Source: an uncultured Anaerolinea sp. | GTDB lineage: Bacteria > Chloroflexota > Anaerolineae > Anaerolineales > Villigracilaceae | DNA length: 62,494 nucleotides | Assembly (NCBI GenBank): GCA_964591425.1 | Contig: CAZQES010000001.1 | Location: 4,353 to 66,846 of the forward strand | Reading direction: 5' to 3' | In this document: piece after piece, positions 38,424 through 48,823 of the stretch | Layout of the letters: the number at the start of each line of letters is the position of its first letter | Numbering within the stretch: position 1 is the stretch's first letter | The notes under the pieces: model-generated | The model's input: the letters and a program-made list of their open reading frames with translations, nothing else | Told to the model about the DNA's origin: nothing | Database searches by the model: none | Position numbers and translations under genes: made by a program

Positions 38424-40106
38424 ATGAAATCCCGAGTCAAAATTTTGATCGTCAGTTTATTGTGCGCCGCGGTAATATTATCCGCCTGCGGACCCGCCGC
38501 GACGGAGACCGCCGTGCCCGTGGAAACCGAAGCACCAGTCGCAACGGAAGCGCCGACCGAGGCTCCGACGGAAGCGCCTGCGGCTCCGCTCACGGTGTTG
38601 ATCGATAACGACGAAGGTCCGATCACGCCCGCCAACTTCAACACCTTCATCGGTTTCTGGATGGTCGGCTGGGTGTACGACTCGCTGTACATCCGCACGC
38701 CCGATCTCGAACCGATTCCTTCGCTGGCGACATCTGCCACGCCCAGCGAAGACGGTCTCACGTGGACAGTGACCCTGCGCGAAGGAGTCAAATGGCACGA
38801 CGGTGAAGACTTCAACGTGGATGATGTCATCTTCAGTTACAACTTCCTCATCGCCGCGGGACGCGCCAACAACCTCGGCGCAATTGACACGATGGAAAAG
38901 ACCGGTGATTACGGCTTGACCATCAAACTTAAGGAACCGCAACCGTTCTTCCTCAATGAAGGTCTGGCTGGCTCGTATATTCTGCCCGAACACATCTGGA
39001 ACAGTCAGACAGCCGTCAGCGGTGAACTCAGTCAATTTCAGGGGATGATCGGCACAGGCGCGTATAAACTCGCCGAGGTCGAACCCGGTCAGTTCTACCG
39101 GTTCGAGGCGAATCCCGATTATTTCCGCGGCGAGCCAGTCGTGAAGGAACTCATCGCCAAGATCGTCAAGGATCGCACACAACAATTCAATCAGTTGCAA
39201 ACCGGCGAAGCGGACGCAGTGCTTTCATCTGTGCCGCCTGCGGTGGTCGGTGAACTCGAAGGCAACGCAGATCTAGAAATTGCGAAGGGTTCCGATTTCT
39301 TCAATTACATTTTCTACACCAACGGCTCGCGCGAACCGTTCAACAATCCTGCCGTGAGACAGGCAATCGCAAAAGCGATTGACACCAAAACGCTTGTGGA
39401 TGTGGTATTGCTCGCGCAAGGCGTTGAACTGCCGCTCAACTGGTATCACCCCGATCTGCCGTGGTCTATCAATACTCCGCACGTGTACGACCCTGAAGCG
39501 GCAAAAGCGGAACTCGAAGCCGCCGGTCTGGTTGATTCCGATGGCGATGGCATCCGCGAGCTGAATGGGACGAACACAGACTTTGGAATCCTGTGTGATG
39601 TGAACAACCCCGTGGAAGTTCGCGCCACCGAATTGATCGCAGGGATGCTCAACGACGTGGGCATTGGCGCATCGCAAAACTGCCTCGACATCGATTCATC
39701 CGTCGCGTTGATTTGGCCCAACTTCGTCGCGGTCGCTGAACCCGATTACGACATGGGCATCTGGGGCTGGTCGTCTGGTCCGCAGTTCCAGCGCGGTTTC
39801 ATCAAGTTCCTGACCCATTGCGAATTCGGCACAGTCGGCTGGGGCAACCTGACCGGCATCTGCGACCCCACGCTCGATGAACTCGTCGGTCAACTCACTT
39901 CGAATACCGATCCCACAAAGACCGAGGATTACTCGAAGCAATTGCAGGAACGCTTCGTCGAGAACCTGCCGTTCATCCCGCTCATGTCGCCGGGCGGAAA
40001 CTTCGCCTACAACCCCGCCGCGTACGATGGCTGGGTGTACATGAAGGGCACGGGTATCATGACCGTGTGGTCCTTCCTGCCCGAAGGCGCAGTGGATATT
40101 CCGTAA
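38424..40106 (+). CDS. Family 5 (Opp/Dpp/Nik) ABC substrate-binding lipoprotein
   Basis: Lipobox LSAC, Pro/Thr/Glu linker, LREGVKWHDG, IGTGAYKL; RBS GAGGAG. Confidence 0.93.
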   Translation: MKSRVKILIVSLLCAAVILSACGPAATETAVPVETEAPVATEAPTEAPTEAPAAPLTVLIDNDEGPITPANFNTFIGFWMVGWVYDSLYIRTPDLEPIPSLATSATPSEDGLTWTVTLREGVKWHDGEDFNVDDVIFSYNFLIAAGRANNLGAIDTMEKTGDYGLTIKLKEPQPFFLNEGLAGSYILPEHIWNSQTAVSGELSQFQGMIGTGAYKLAEVEPGQFYRFEANPDYFRGEPVVKELIAKIVKDRTQQFNQLQTGEADAVLSSVPPAVVGELEGNADLEIAKGSDFFNYIFYTNGSREPFNNPAVRQAIAKAIDTKTLVDVVLLAQGVELPLNWYHPDLPWSINTPHVYDPEAAKAELEAAGLVDSDGDGIRELNGTNTDFGILCDVNNPVEVRATELIAGMLNDVGIGASQNCLDIDSSVALIWPNFVAVAEPDYDMGIWGWSSGPQFQRGFIKFLTHCEFGTVGWGNLTGICDPTLDELVGQLTSNTDPTKTEDYSKQLQERFVENLPFIPLMSPGGNFAYNPAAYDGWVYMKGTGIMTVWSFLPEGAVDIP

Positions 40107-40116
40107 GTTCGTTTTC

Positions 40117-40203
40117 GTCATTGCGAGGAGCCCGAAGGGCGACGAAGCAATCCCCTGCGCCATGTTGGGGATTGCTTCGCTCGTTTCACTCGCTCGCAAT
40201 GAC
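40117..40203. repeat. Palindromic repeat family A
   Basis: Same termini and GAAGCAATC/GATTGCTTC core. Confidence 0.9.
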
Positions 40204-40215
40204 GGATAATTTATC

Positions 40216-41238
40216 GTGCCAAACTACGAACCCAACCTTGACCTGTTCCGTGAAGCGTTCGGAAACGGGATCCAGGAATTCCATGCAGAACTGATAAAGA
40301 TCGCGCTCGGATGGAGCCGCGTGTATCGAGTGACCCTCATACGAAAGGGTCACTCGCCGCGCGAATCGGTCATCGTCAAAACCATCGACCCGCACGGACC
40401 CGCCACTTCGCTTGAAGCCGAACGCGAACTGCGTTTCTACCAAACGCTTCACCCAAACCTTTCGATCCCAAAACCCGAAATTTATTTTCTGACCACAGAC
40501 AAAGCGACGGGATTTCACATCATCGTGATGGAAGACCTGTCGCGCACGCATCGCATTCCATCGCATCCGTACCAGTGGAAGCGCGAAGAGATCAGATCCG
40601 TCCTGCGCGCGTATGCAGGACTGCATACCAGCAAGATCGCGAACCTGAATTATCCATGGCTGGCGCCGCGCCATGAAAGTATGCTCGACTTCGAAAAAAT
40701 CCCTGAACAAGTTGCCACTGTCCAACGTGCAGGGATTTGGGGAGACATTCCTCATCTTCACGACCTCATCGAATACGTGCGCAAGAGTTGTGAAAAATAT
40801 AAAAACGAAACCGCCTCGTTGATTCACGGCGACACGACTCCTGCCAATGCAGCGCTTCCGCAAGATTTGGATACGCGATCCGCGACATTGATTGACTGGC
40901 AGGACGTGGGAATCGGCATGCCCGAATTCGACCTCGCCTACGTGGACTTGCAGCCCTTCGACTCGGCCCGCCTCATTCCCCGCTCAGACCTGCTCGACAC
41001 CTATTGGCAACTCCGCGCCGAAATTGAATCACCGAATATACCATCCGTTGACGAACGCCGCCCCCGCCAACTCCATGCAGACGCGGTGACCGCACTCTGG
41101 CTCACCGCCACCGCCAGCCGCGTGACTCGTCATCCTTTCCCGACAGGCAGTTATCCGCAAATCCATTGGGCATCGCAATACGGCATCGTTTACAATCGTC
41201 TCAAATCGCTGGCGGAAGAAATCACATTGGTCGAGTAG
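40216..41238 (+). CDS. APH/choline-kinase-like phosphotransferase
   Basis: VIVK, MEDL, LIHGDTTPAN, LIDWQ; GTG start. Confidence 0.87.
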   Translation: MPNYEPNLDLFREAFGNGIQEFHAELIKIALGWSRVYRVTLIRKGHSPRESVIVKTIDPHGPATSLEAERELRFYQTLHPNLSIPKPEIYFLTTDKATGFHIIVMEDLSRTHRIPSHPYQWKREEIRSVLRAYAGLHTSKIANLNYPWLAPRHESMLDFEKIPEQVATVQRAGIWGDIPHLHDLIEYVRKSCEKYKNETASLIHGDTTPANAALPQDLDTRSATLIDWQDVGIGMPEFDLAYVDLQPFDSARLIPRSDLLDTYWQLRAEIESPNIPSVDERRPRQLHADAVTALWLTATASRVTRHPFPTGSYPQIHWASQYGIVYNRLKSLAEEITLVE

Positions 41239-41366
41239 AGTGAGTGTACTTATCGCTCGTATCGAAACCACCACTACGCGTACATAATTTTGTAACAAGA
41301 ATTGCTTTAGGTATCGGTGGTTTCGATACGTCCCGCGAAAAGCATCGCGGGACTACTCAACCACCG
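41229..41366. repeat. REP-like family B, inverted doublet (supplies the kinase stop codon)
   Basis: Same motifs; spacer resembles that of the 43262 copy. Confidence 0.87.
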
Positions 41367-41439
41367 AATTGACCACAAACAAAATTCTCTAACCCTCCAA
41401 TTCTCTCCTCACCAATCTCCAGTCTCCAATCTCTAACCC

Positions 41440-42408
41440 ATGCCCCGCCGCCTGCTTGAATTCGGACTCGTCTTCCTCCTCGCCGTCTCGATCAACTTCT
41501 TCCTGCCACGCCTCATGCCCGGCGACCCGTTGAAATTGATCGCGGGCAACGCCGCGCCGCAACTCGGCGAGGAACGGGTCAATGCTTTGCGTAAACAATA
41601 CGGTCTCGACAAACCTCTCCACGAACAATATGTGATCTACCTGCAACAACTCGCGCGCGGCGACCTAGGCACCTCCTTCCGTTACAGCGGAGGCAAATCG
41701 GTCGTCGAAGTGTTAAGCGAAAACTTCCGCTGGACGATCTTTCTCGTCGGCGTCAGCCTCATCCTTGCCTTGCTGATCGGTTCGTTGCTCGGAATATTTT
41801 CCGCCACGCGAAGCGGCGGCGCAGTTGACCTATCCCTGCTCAGCGCGATCTACGTCTTGCGTTCCATTCCTCCGTTCTGGCTCGCGATGGTCTTTATCTC
41901 CATCTTCGCCATTCAACTCAAACTTCTCCCTACAGGCGATTCCTATTCCATCCCGCGCCTCGATGGAATGGATAACATCAAAGACATTGCACGTCACGCG
42001 GTCATGCCGATCACCGTGCTCACACTCGCATACATCCCTACCGCTTACTCCGTCATGCGCGCCGCCATGTTCGGCATCATGGAATCCGATTTCATTCGCA
42101 CCGCGCGCGCTAAAGGTTTGCCAAATCGCTGGGTCGTGCTGAAACACGCGCTGAGCAACGCGCTTCTGCCTGTGCTCACCTCATTCATGGTGGATCTCGG
42201 TCAACTGCTTGGTGGCGTTACCGTCATCGAAGCTGTCTTCAACTACCGCGGCATCGGCAATATGATGTTCGAAGCTGTCAAATCACGCGACTATCCATTG
42301 CTACAAGGCGGCTTTCTCCTCTTTACTGTGACGATTTTGATTCTTAACATCCTGACTGAAATCATTTATCCATATCTGGATCCACGTTTGCGGAGGTCCA
42401 CTATATGA
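41440..42408 (+). CDS. OppB/DppB-like ABC permease
   Basis: MPGDP, YGLDKP, TARAKGL, RDYPLLQG. Confidence 0.95.
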   Translation: MPRRLLEFGLVFLLAVSINFFLPRLMPGDPLKLIAGNAAPQLGEERVNALRKQYGLDKPLHEQYVIYLQQLARGDLGTSFRYSGGKSVVEVLSENFRWTIFLVGVSLILALLIGSLLGIFSATRSGGAVDLSLLSAIYVLRSIPPFWLAMVFISIFAIQLKLLPTGDSYSIPRLDGMDNIKDIARHAVMPITVLTLAYIPTAYSVMRAAMFGIMESDFIRTARAKGLPNRWVVLKHALSNALLPVLTSFMVDLGQLLGGVTVIEAVFNYRGIGNMMFEAVKSRDYPLLQGGFLLFTVTILILNILTEIIYPYLDPRLRRSTI

Positions 42409-43256
42409 CCGTGCAGATGTACAAACGCCTCTCTCCCAGCCGACGCCTGATCCGCACCACCGGCGTGATCGGTATCTGCGTCTTGATTCTCCTGCTCGTG
42501 CTCGCAATCTTCCCCGACTCCATCGCACCTTTCGACGCGACCGAACGCGTTGCGCTTCCTCTTCAAAAACCAAACGCGGAAAATATTTTAGGAACAAACG
42601 ACATCGGACAAGATCTGTTCAGCGAACTCATCGCAGGGACGCGTGCCTCGCTGTTCACGGGTCTCATTGTCGCGTTTATCTCAATCGTGATTGGAACGGT
42701 CATCGGGCTCGTCAGCGGATATCTCGGCGGTTGGGCAGATACTTTCCTCATGCGCCTTACAGATTTGATTCTCGTATTACCATTCCTGCCACTGGTGATT
42801 TTGATTGCGGTATATCTTGGTCCCAGCCAGAGGAATGTCATTACGGTGCTATCAATCTTCTTCTGGGCAGGACCCGCGCGTCTTATCCGTTCGCAGGTAT
42901 TGAGTATGCGTTCCGAAACATATATCGAAGCCGCGCGTGCTCTGGGTGCAAATCCGATTCAAATTATGACGAGCCATCTCTGGTCAGGTGTCAGACCGCT
43001 CGCGTTGGTGCAAATTGTCCTCGTCGCCTCGGCGTCCATCCTTGCTGAATCCAGTTTGAGTTTTTTGGGCTTAGGCGACCCATCAGGCAAGAGTTGGGGA
43101 ACCATGTTGTATTTCGCCCGCGCCAGTGGCGCCTTCCTTGGCGACGCGTGGAAGTGGTGGGTACTCCCCACGGGATTGATGATCACACTGACCGTGTTGA
43201 GCCTCGGCTTGGTAGGCTATAGTCTCGAACAAAGGATTTCAAAATCGTTTTCATGA
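42405..43256 (+). CDS. OppC/DppC-like ABC permease
   Basis: LGTNDIGQDL, EAARALGA, LSFLGLG..SWGTML. Confidence 0.95.
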   Translation: MTVQMYKRLSPSRRLIRTTGVIGICVLILLLVLAIFPDSIAPFDATERVALPLQKPNAENILGTNDIGQDLFSELIAGTRASLFTGLIVAFISIVIGTVIGLVSGYLGGWADTFLMRLTDLILVLPFLPLVILIAVYLGPSQRNVITVLSIFFWAGPARLIRSQVLSMRSETYIEAARALGANPIQIMTSHLWSGVRPLALVQIVLVASASILAESSLSFLGLGDPSGKSWGTMLYFARASGAFLGDAWKWWVLPTGLMITLTVLSLGLVGYSLEQRISKSFS

Positions 43257-43261
43257 AAGAT

Positions 43262-43385
43262 CGGTGGTTGAGTAGCCCCGCGATGTTCTTCGCGGGACGT
43301 ATCGAAACCACAGGTTCGCATACAAACTATTGTAAGAAGATTACTCTATGACGTGGTGGTTTCGACTGCTTGCGCTCAACCACCG
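43262..43385. repeat. REP-like family B, inverted doublet
   Basis: Same motifs. Confidence 0.87.
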
Positions 43386-43523
43386 GTACAAACATAAAAC
43401 AAAGGTAGTGGCATGCCAGTGAGTGACGTGGTGCGGAATGGTATTCCGCACATGGTAATTGGCGGGATTCTATCCCGCCCCACGAAAACATCACTTAATT
43501 TGAGCCGCCACCAAAACAAAATT

Positions 43524-44807
43524 ATGCTCCTTGAAGAAACCCTCGCCTGCGAATTCGCCCTCCACTGGCGCGATGACAGCTATCGCCCCAACCTCCAACA
43601 CGTGGACTGGTCCCGTTTCGCGCATCTCCTCACCCACAACCGCATGGCTGTCCTTGCCGCGCCGATTCTCGAAAGAGTCAACGCGTCCATTCCGCATGAA
43701 GCGCAGAAACTTCTCACGGAACAAGCCGAAAAATACGAACGATCTGCTTTCAAGCTTGGTCAGTCTCTAGTCTCTTATCTCCAATCTGCACAAACAAAAA
43801 ACATTGAAACTATTGTTTTGAAAGGCTTGTGGCTGTGCGAAAAAATCTATGGCAACTCCGTCATGCGCCCCGGCGGCGACATTGACATCCTCGTCCACAA
43901 AGACAAAGTAGATGCATGTCTTGCGCTCCTCGAAGAACAGGGGATCGGGCAATTTTGGCACAACCTCATGCACGACGATTACTTTACGCGTCACCATCTT
44001 CATCAACAACGTTGCACGCGCGATCTGAATATTTGGTTTGAAATTCACTGGGCGTTGGATCATCCATACACGTTGCTGACTGTAGATTACGAATCCATCT
44101 TTGCGCGTGCAAGATCATCCACACTGCTCGGCGCGCCGATTCAAGAAATGGCATTGCCCGATCTTTTGCTCAGCCTTGCGATCCACCTCGTCAAGCACGC
44201 GGTCTATTTACCAAGCCTCGTGAACAGCGAAGACTTGCCGCGTATCATCCTCGCCGATGGAATGTTGATGTACTATCTCGATGTTGCGGAAATCATTAAA
44301 GGACACAGCGGCATTGACTGGCAACTCACCGTCAATTTTGCGCGCGATTGGGGCGCGGTGGACATCCTTGGCTCGGTGCTTCACGTTTGCAAGAAATATT
44401 TTGATGCGCCTGTTCCCGATAAAGTTATCACTGCGTTGACCGTGAAAGGTCCGTGGCGCATCACAAAAAAGTTGATGGCGCGCGCCGCCGAACAGGAACT
44501 GGCAACCTACGAAGGAAAACACGTCAGCCGTTTTTGGAAATTGATGCTCGCCTCGAACGGCGCGTTCATCTTGCGCCCCGTCCGCTTGCTCGAAACCGCA
44601 TCCTATTTTTTCCCGCCCGCCGATTTTTTGAATCGCAAGTACGGGAATTCAAATATCTTCACGCGAATTTTTCATCTCGGCAAAGCCGTCCTCCAAACCC
44701 TCCGCTTCGGCTGGGATTCGATCTACTTCGGCATCGAACGTTACCTCCGCCTCAAACGCCTCGGCGAAAGCGCTTCACTCTTCAACAGGCTGGAGACGGA
44801 TTTATAA
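43524..44807 (+). CDS. Nucleotidyltransferase, NTP_transf_5 family
   Basis: IVLKG..Y..RPGGDIDILV, EIHW, HLVKH. Confidence 0.87.
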   Translation: MLLEETLACEFALHWRDDSYRPNLQHVDWSRFAHLLTHNRMAVLAAPILERVNASIPHEAQKLLTEQAEKYERSAFKLGQSLVSYLQSAQTKNIETIVLKGLWLCEKIYGNSVMRPGGDIDILVHKDKVDACLALLEEQGIGQFWHNLMHDDYFTRHHLHQQRCTRDLNIWFEIHWALDHPYTLLTVDYESIFARARSSTLLGAPIQEMALPDLLLSLAIHLVKHAVYLPSLVNSEDLPRIILADGMLMYYLDVAEIIKGHSGIDWQLTVNFARDWGAVDILGSVLHVCKKYFDAPVPDKVITALTVKGPWRITKKLMARAAEQELATYEGKHVSRFWKLMLASNGAFILRPVRLLETASYFFPPADFLNRKYGNSNIFTRIFHLGKAVLQTLRFGWDSIYFGIERYLRLKRLGESASLFNRLETDL

Positions 44808-44816
44808 AATCACTTT

Positions 44817-44900
44817 GTCATTGCGAGGAGGGCTTTGCCCGACGAAGCAATCCCCGTCACTGTGGTGGAGATTGCTTCGCCCTATCGGGCTCGCAATGAC
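44817..44900. repeat. Palindromic repeat family A
   Basis: Left arm nearly identical to the 31053 copy. Confidence 0.9.
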
Positions 44901-44940
44901 GGGGAATTCTTATTGTTTATGAATTACCTTAGCACCTTAC

Positions 44941-46194
44941 ATGAAACTCTCCTCCCCTCAATTCGAAACCACCTCCCTCTTCCTCCTCGACGGACTCGCC
45001 AACGTCATTGACTTCGCCTTCCACTTCTGGATGGGGCGCGTTCTCATCCCCACCGATTTTGCCGTGCTTCAAACGCTGAACTCCATCGCCCTCGTTTACG
45101 TCACCGCCAGCGGAGTGTTCCAGCCCGTCGTCAGCCGCTTCATTGCCGAAGCGCGCGGCAAAGGTGAAGAGGGCTCAATCCCTTCCATCCTCCAAACTTT
45201 CCTGCGCGCCGCGTTTTATCTTGGCGCAATTCTCTCAATTCTCTGTTTCTCTTTTTCATCGTTCATCGCTCAGGCTCTCAATCTTCCCGCGTGGACGATC
45301 CAAATCTCCGCCGCGCTGATCTTCCTCAGCACGTTACGCCCCATCGCCGCGGGAGTTTTGCAAGGGCAGGAAAGATTCCTCGCTTTCGGTTTTGCCCGTT
45401 TGGCGCTCTCGCTTGGACGAATACTTTTTATCGTTTTACTGATTCCAACAGGCATCACTCTCACTGGCGCGGTTATTGCGTTGCCATTCGGCTGGCTTGT
45501 GAGTGTGCTGTGCGCGTTTCTCTTGATCGGCAATCTCTTGTGGAAAAAAAGCGAGCCGCTTCACCAAAACATACTGCAAGATGGATGGAAACTTTCAGCC
45601 TACGCGTTGATTGCGTACTTTGCGTACATGTCACTCACCAGCCTCGATCTGATCTGGGTCAATCGGACTCTCGACGGCGACTCAGCAGGCGCGTACGCGA
45701 GTCTCGTGTTGATGCGGCGGATCGTCGCATTACTCCCCGGTGTGGCTGTGACTGTCATGTTCCCTCGAATTGCAAAACTTCTCGCGCAGGGTCAACGCCC
45801 AGACCGCTTGTTGATTCAAACTTCTGGCATCATCCTCGCGGCAAGCGGCGCGCTCACGATTCTATATTTTCTCTTTTCAGAACAACTCATCACGATAATT
45901 TTCGGCGACACATATCAAACCGCGTCATCTCTGCTGGGCTGGATGGGACTGGCGATGATCGGCGTGTCGCTCAGTTCCATCTGGCTGAATTATTATCTTG
46001 CTGAACGTCCGCGCAACTTTGTAATTCTGCTCGCCCTCGCCGCCGCGCTCGAATGGACTCTGTTGAATCTGTTTTCGCCGTCCCTGCAGAATGCCATGCT
46101 CGCGTTTGGGTTGACAGGGTGGCTGTTGGCGATTGGCGGATTATTTCTGTACACAACGAGATTGCCACGGCGGGTGAACGCCGCCTCGCAATGA
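44941..46194 (+). CDS. Wzx-like oligosaccharide flippase
   Basis: About 12 TM helices; GVLQGQERF, AGAYAS, VMFPR. Confidence 0.82.
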   Translation: MKLSSPQFETTSLFLLDGLANVIDFAFHFWMGRVLIPTDFAVLQTLNSIALVYVTASGVFQPVVSRFIAEARGKGEEGSIPSILQTFLRAAFYLGAILSILCFSFSSFIAQALNLPAWTIQISAALIFLSTLRPIAAGVLQGQERFLAFGFARLALSLGRILFIVLLIPTGITLTGAVIALPFGWLVSVLCAFLLIGNLLWKKSEPLHQNILQDGWKLSAYALIAYFAYMSLTSLDLIWVNRTLDGDSAGAYASLVLMRRIVALLPGVAVTVMFPRIAKLLAQGQRPDRLLIQTSGIILAASGALTILYFLFSEQLITIIFGDTYQTASSLLGWMGLAMIGVSLSSIWLNYYLAERPRNFVILLALAAALEWTLLNLFSPSLQNAMLAFGLTGWLLAIGGLFLYTTRLPRRVNAASQ

Positions 46195-46203
46195 CACTTC
46201 GAC

Positions 46204-47238
46204 ATGCCTGATTTCAACGAACTCTACCGCAAGCATAACCAGGATATGGAGGACTTCTGGTCGCGCCGCGCCAACGCGCCGAAATTTCAGAAGACGATTC
46301 GAGTTTTCGGGCATACTGTCGCCTTAGATTCCAATTATGAAAAAGTTTTAGACTCTGCAACCATCGCGGAGGAAATGTATTCAAAAGCGGACTTTTCAGA
46401 TGAAACGATTTGGCGCATCCACATCACGGTTCCTTCGCACCTTACGGCTGATTCGCCTCCCCAGCGACTCGTTGACCTCATCCGCTACACCGGCGCGGAC
46501 GACTGGTTCTCGATTGACCTGCTCGAATGGGGCAACTGCTTCGTGGACATGAAACGCGGCGAAGCATTCGCCGTGCTTGCCCAATCCCTTGCAGAAAGAC
46601 CCGAGCAGGCCTGCCAAGTGCTCATCAACACCATTCTCACAAACCTAATCACCCGTCACGGCTACAGCATGTTGCACGCCAGCGCGCTGATCAAAGATGA
46701 AAACATTTTGCTCTTGCAAGCCCCGCACGGGACGGGAAAATCCACGACCGCGCTGCGATTATTGTTGAACGGCTACAAACTTTTATCAGACAGTATGGTT
46801 TACATCGGCGAGCGCGGAGGCGACCTGTGGATGGGCGGATTCCCCGTCGGCAGGATCAAACTCCGCACGGATATGCTTCCGCACTTCCCCGCGCTGGCGG
46901 CTGAGGCGGAGGAGGAACCCGTCCGCGGCGAGACCAAGCACAAGGTCGAATTGAAGCGTGTGGACGGGGCGATGGCGCATCCGCAGATGATACGCATCCG
47001 CCGCGTGGAGTATTGCCTGCTCGAACGCTGGGACAAATCCGAAAGCCGAATCGAATCGTTGACCGAGGAGGAAGTGTGGCGCTCGATCATGGTCAACAGT
47101 TTGCATTACGACACGCAGGACATGTGGAATGAAAATTTGCGTCGCATTGAATTGTTATTGCATCATGTAAACTTGCATCGCCTGCGCATCGGCACATCAG
47201 AAGACGAGATAATAAAAACGGTAAATTCATTATGGTGA
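46204..47238 (+). CDS. HPr-kinase-related P-loop kinase
   Basis: LHASAL..APHGTGKST..LLSDS. Confidence 0.8.
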   Translation: MPDFNELYRKHNQDMEDFWSRRANAPKFQKTIRVFGHTVALDSNYEKVLDSATIAEEMYSKADFSDETIWRIHITVPSHLTADSPPQRLVDLIRYTGADDWFSIDLLEWGNCFVDMKRGEAFAVLAQSLAERPEQACQVLINTILTNLITRHGYSMLHASALIKDENILLLQAPHGTGKSTTALRLLLNGYKLLSDSMVYIGERGGDLWMGGFPVGRIKLRTDMLPHFPALAAEAEEEPVRGETKHKVELKRVDGAMAHPQMIRIRRVEYCLLERWDKSESRIESLTEEEVWRSIMVNSLHYDTQDMWNENLRRIELLLHHVNLHRLRIGTSEDEIIKTVNSLW

Positions 47239-48527
47239 GCGAGCGCCACTGGTTGGTTATTATCTTTGTTCTTTATTTTTTGTTGGGGATTGCTTACAGC
47301 CTGCTCATGCCGATCTGGGAGGCGCCCGACGAGCCCGCGCATTATCATCTCGCGTGGCGGCTGGCGCGCAAAGGCGAGTATGCCACACAGGAATTAAATT
47401 ACGAGGCAAACCAACCCCGCATGTTCTATTACATCGGCTCGTACGTGATTCGCGCGCTCGACCAAGTCGACACAAGATTTTCCGATTATGTGTTGCCGCG
47501 CGAATACAAATTCAACATTCGCGTGGCAGAACGGAGGTTCGACTGGAACGACAGCAATTATCGTTTCCTGCTCGGCGTGTACGCGTTGCGCTGGTTGAAT
47601 CTAATCCTCGGCGCGCTGGCATTATGGACGAACTGGAAATCATTCAAAATTATCGCACCTGAAAAACCGACCCTTCTACTTTCCGCGCTCGCGCTCGCCG
47701 CGTTGACGCCACAATACCTGCACATCATGTCGTCGGTGAACAACGACGCGCTGGGGACATTGGCAGGCGCGTTGCTTTTTTATTTGGGGATACGAGTTTT
47801 GAAAGAGCAAAAAAAACTGCTTGCCATTCTCTCGATCATTCTCGCGGTCGTGTTACCGCTCGTCACAAAATTGACCGTGCTTCCGGTGAGCGCGGCTTTG
47901 TTGATAATCGTTGGAGGAAAATGGTTTTTCGGCTTGCGTCAAAAACGCTGGTTGGTGATTGCAGGTTTAGTGTTTTTATTCAGCCTCGGGATCATCTATT
48001 TCCTCTTTCCAGAAGCCGTCGAATGGGCTCGAAAAGAAATCGCATGGAGGCTTTTCAGCCTGCGAAAAAGCGGCGTGGAATTCGACTATATCAAAACCAT
48101 CACGAGTCAGATCGTGTGGACGTATTGGGGCAAGGTCGGCTGGCTCGCGGTCGGCTTATCGTTGTGGGTCGTGGATTTGTTGACCGCGTTTGCGTTGTTC
48201 GGGATCACGGCTCAAATTTTCAAACTCATCAAATCGAAATCAAGTTATCCGCAATTCTATTATTGGATCGCAACGACCGTCATTGCTCTATTCACAGTCC
48301 TTGCCGTTGGGCGGAATGGATTGACTACAGGCGCAACACAGGGACGATTGCTCTTCCCCGCCATCGGCGCGTTGTCTTTGTTGATGATTGGCGGCTGGCA
48401 TAGCGTGTTGCCAGAGCGAATACACCAAAAATTTCCACTGATCGTGGTCCTTGTAATGTTTATTCTGAATATTACGTTGTGGGTGTTCGGGATTATTCCC
48501 GTCTACTACCAGCCGTTTTTAGATTGA
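47232..48527 (+). CDS. GT-C fold membrane glycosyltransferase (DUF2142/PMT-like)
   Basis: PDEPAHY, QP, VNND, QGRLLFP; many TM helices. Confidence 0.8.
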   Translation: MVSERHWLVIIFVLYFLLGIAYSLLMPIWEAPDEPAHYHLAWRLARKGEYATQELNYEANQPRMFYYIGSYVIRALDQVDTRFSDYVLPREYKFNIRVAERRFDWNDSNYRFLLGVYALRWLNLILGALALWTNWKSFKIIAPEKPTLLLSALALAALTPQYLHIMSSVNNDALGTLAGALLFYLGIRVLKEQKKLLAILSIILAVVLPLVTKLTVLPVSAALLIIVGGKWFFGLRQKRWLVIAGLVFLFSLGIIYFLFPEAVEWARKEIAWRLFSLRKSGVEFDYIKTITSQIVWTYWGKVGWLAVGLSLWVVDLLTAFALFGITAQIFKLIKSKSSYPQFYYWIATTVIALFTVLAVGRNGLTTGATQGRLLFPAIGALSLLMIGGWHSVLPERIHQKFPLIVVLVMFILNITLWVFGIIPVYYQPFLD

Positions 48528-48537
48528 TGCGCTTCCA

Positions 48538-48821
48538 TCATTGCGAGCCGCCGCTGGTCGAGTAGTCCCGCGTACAGTTCGCGGTACGTATCGAGACCAG
48601 CGGGTAACCTGTGAACGATTGATTACAAATAATTACTCGAAGTGGTCTCGATACGGGACGTACGAACGCCGTCCTTACTCGACCACCACATGCAACCGCT
48701 GATCGAGTGTTGACGCAGGCACATATCGAGATCGAGGCGGCGCGGCAAATTCTGTTTGCATGCGGATTGCTTCGCCCTGTGGTTTCGTCTGCTTGCGTCT
48801 CAACCAGGGGCTCGCAATGAC
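48538..48821. repeat. Nested repeat: family A containing several family B units
   Basis: TCATTGCGAG...CTCGCAATGAC enclosing a GGTCGAGTAG..TATCGAGACC doublet. Confidence 0.85.
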
Positions 48822-48823
48822 AT

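Noticed and set aside
43524-47238. Complete lasso peptide cluster
   Set aside because: No precursor, RRE, peptidase or cyclase found
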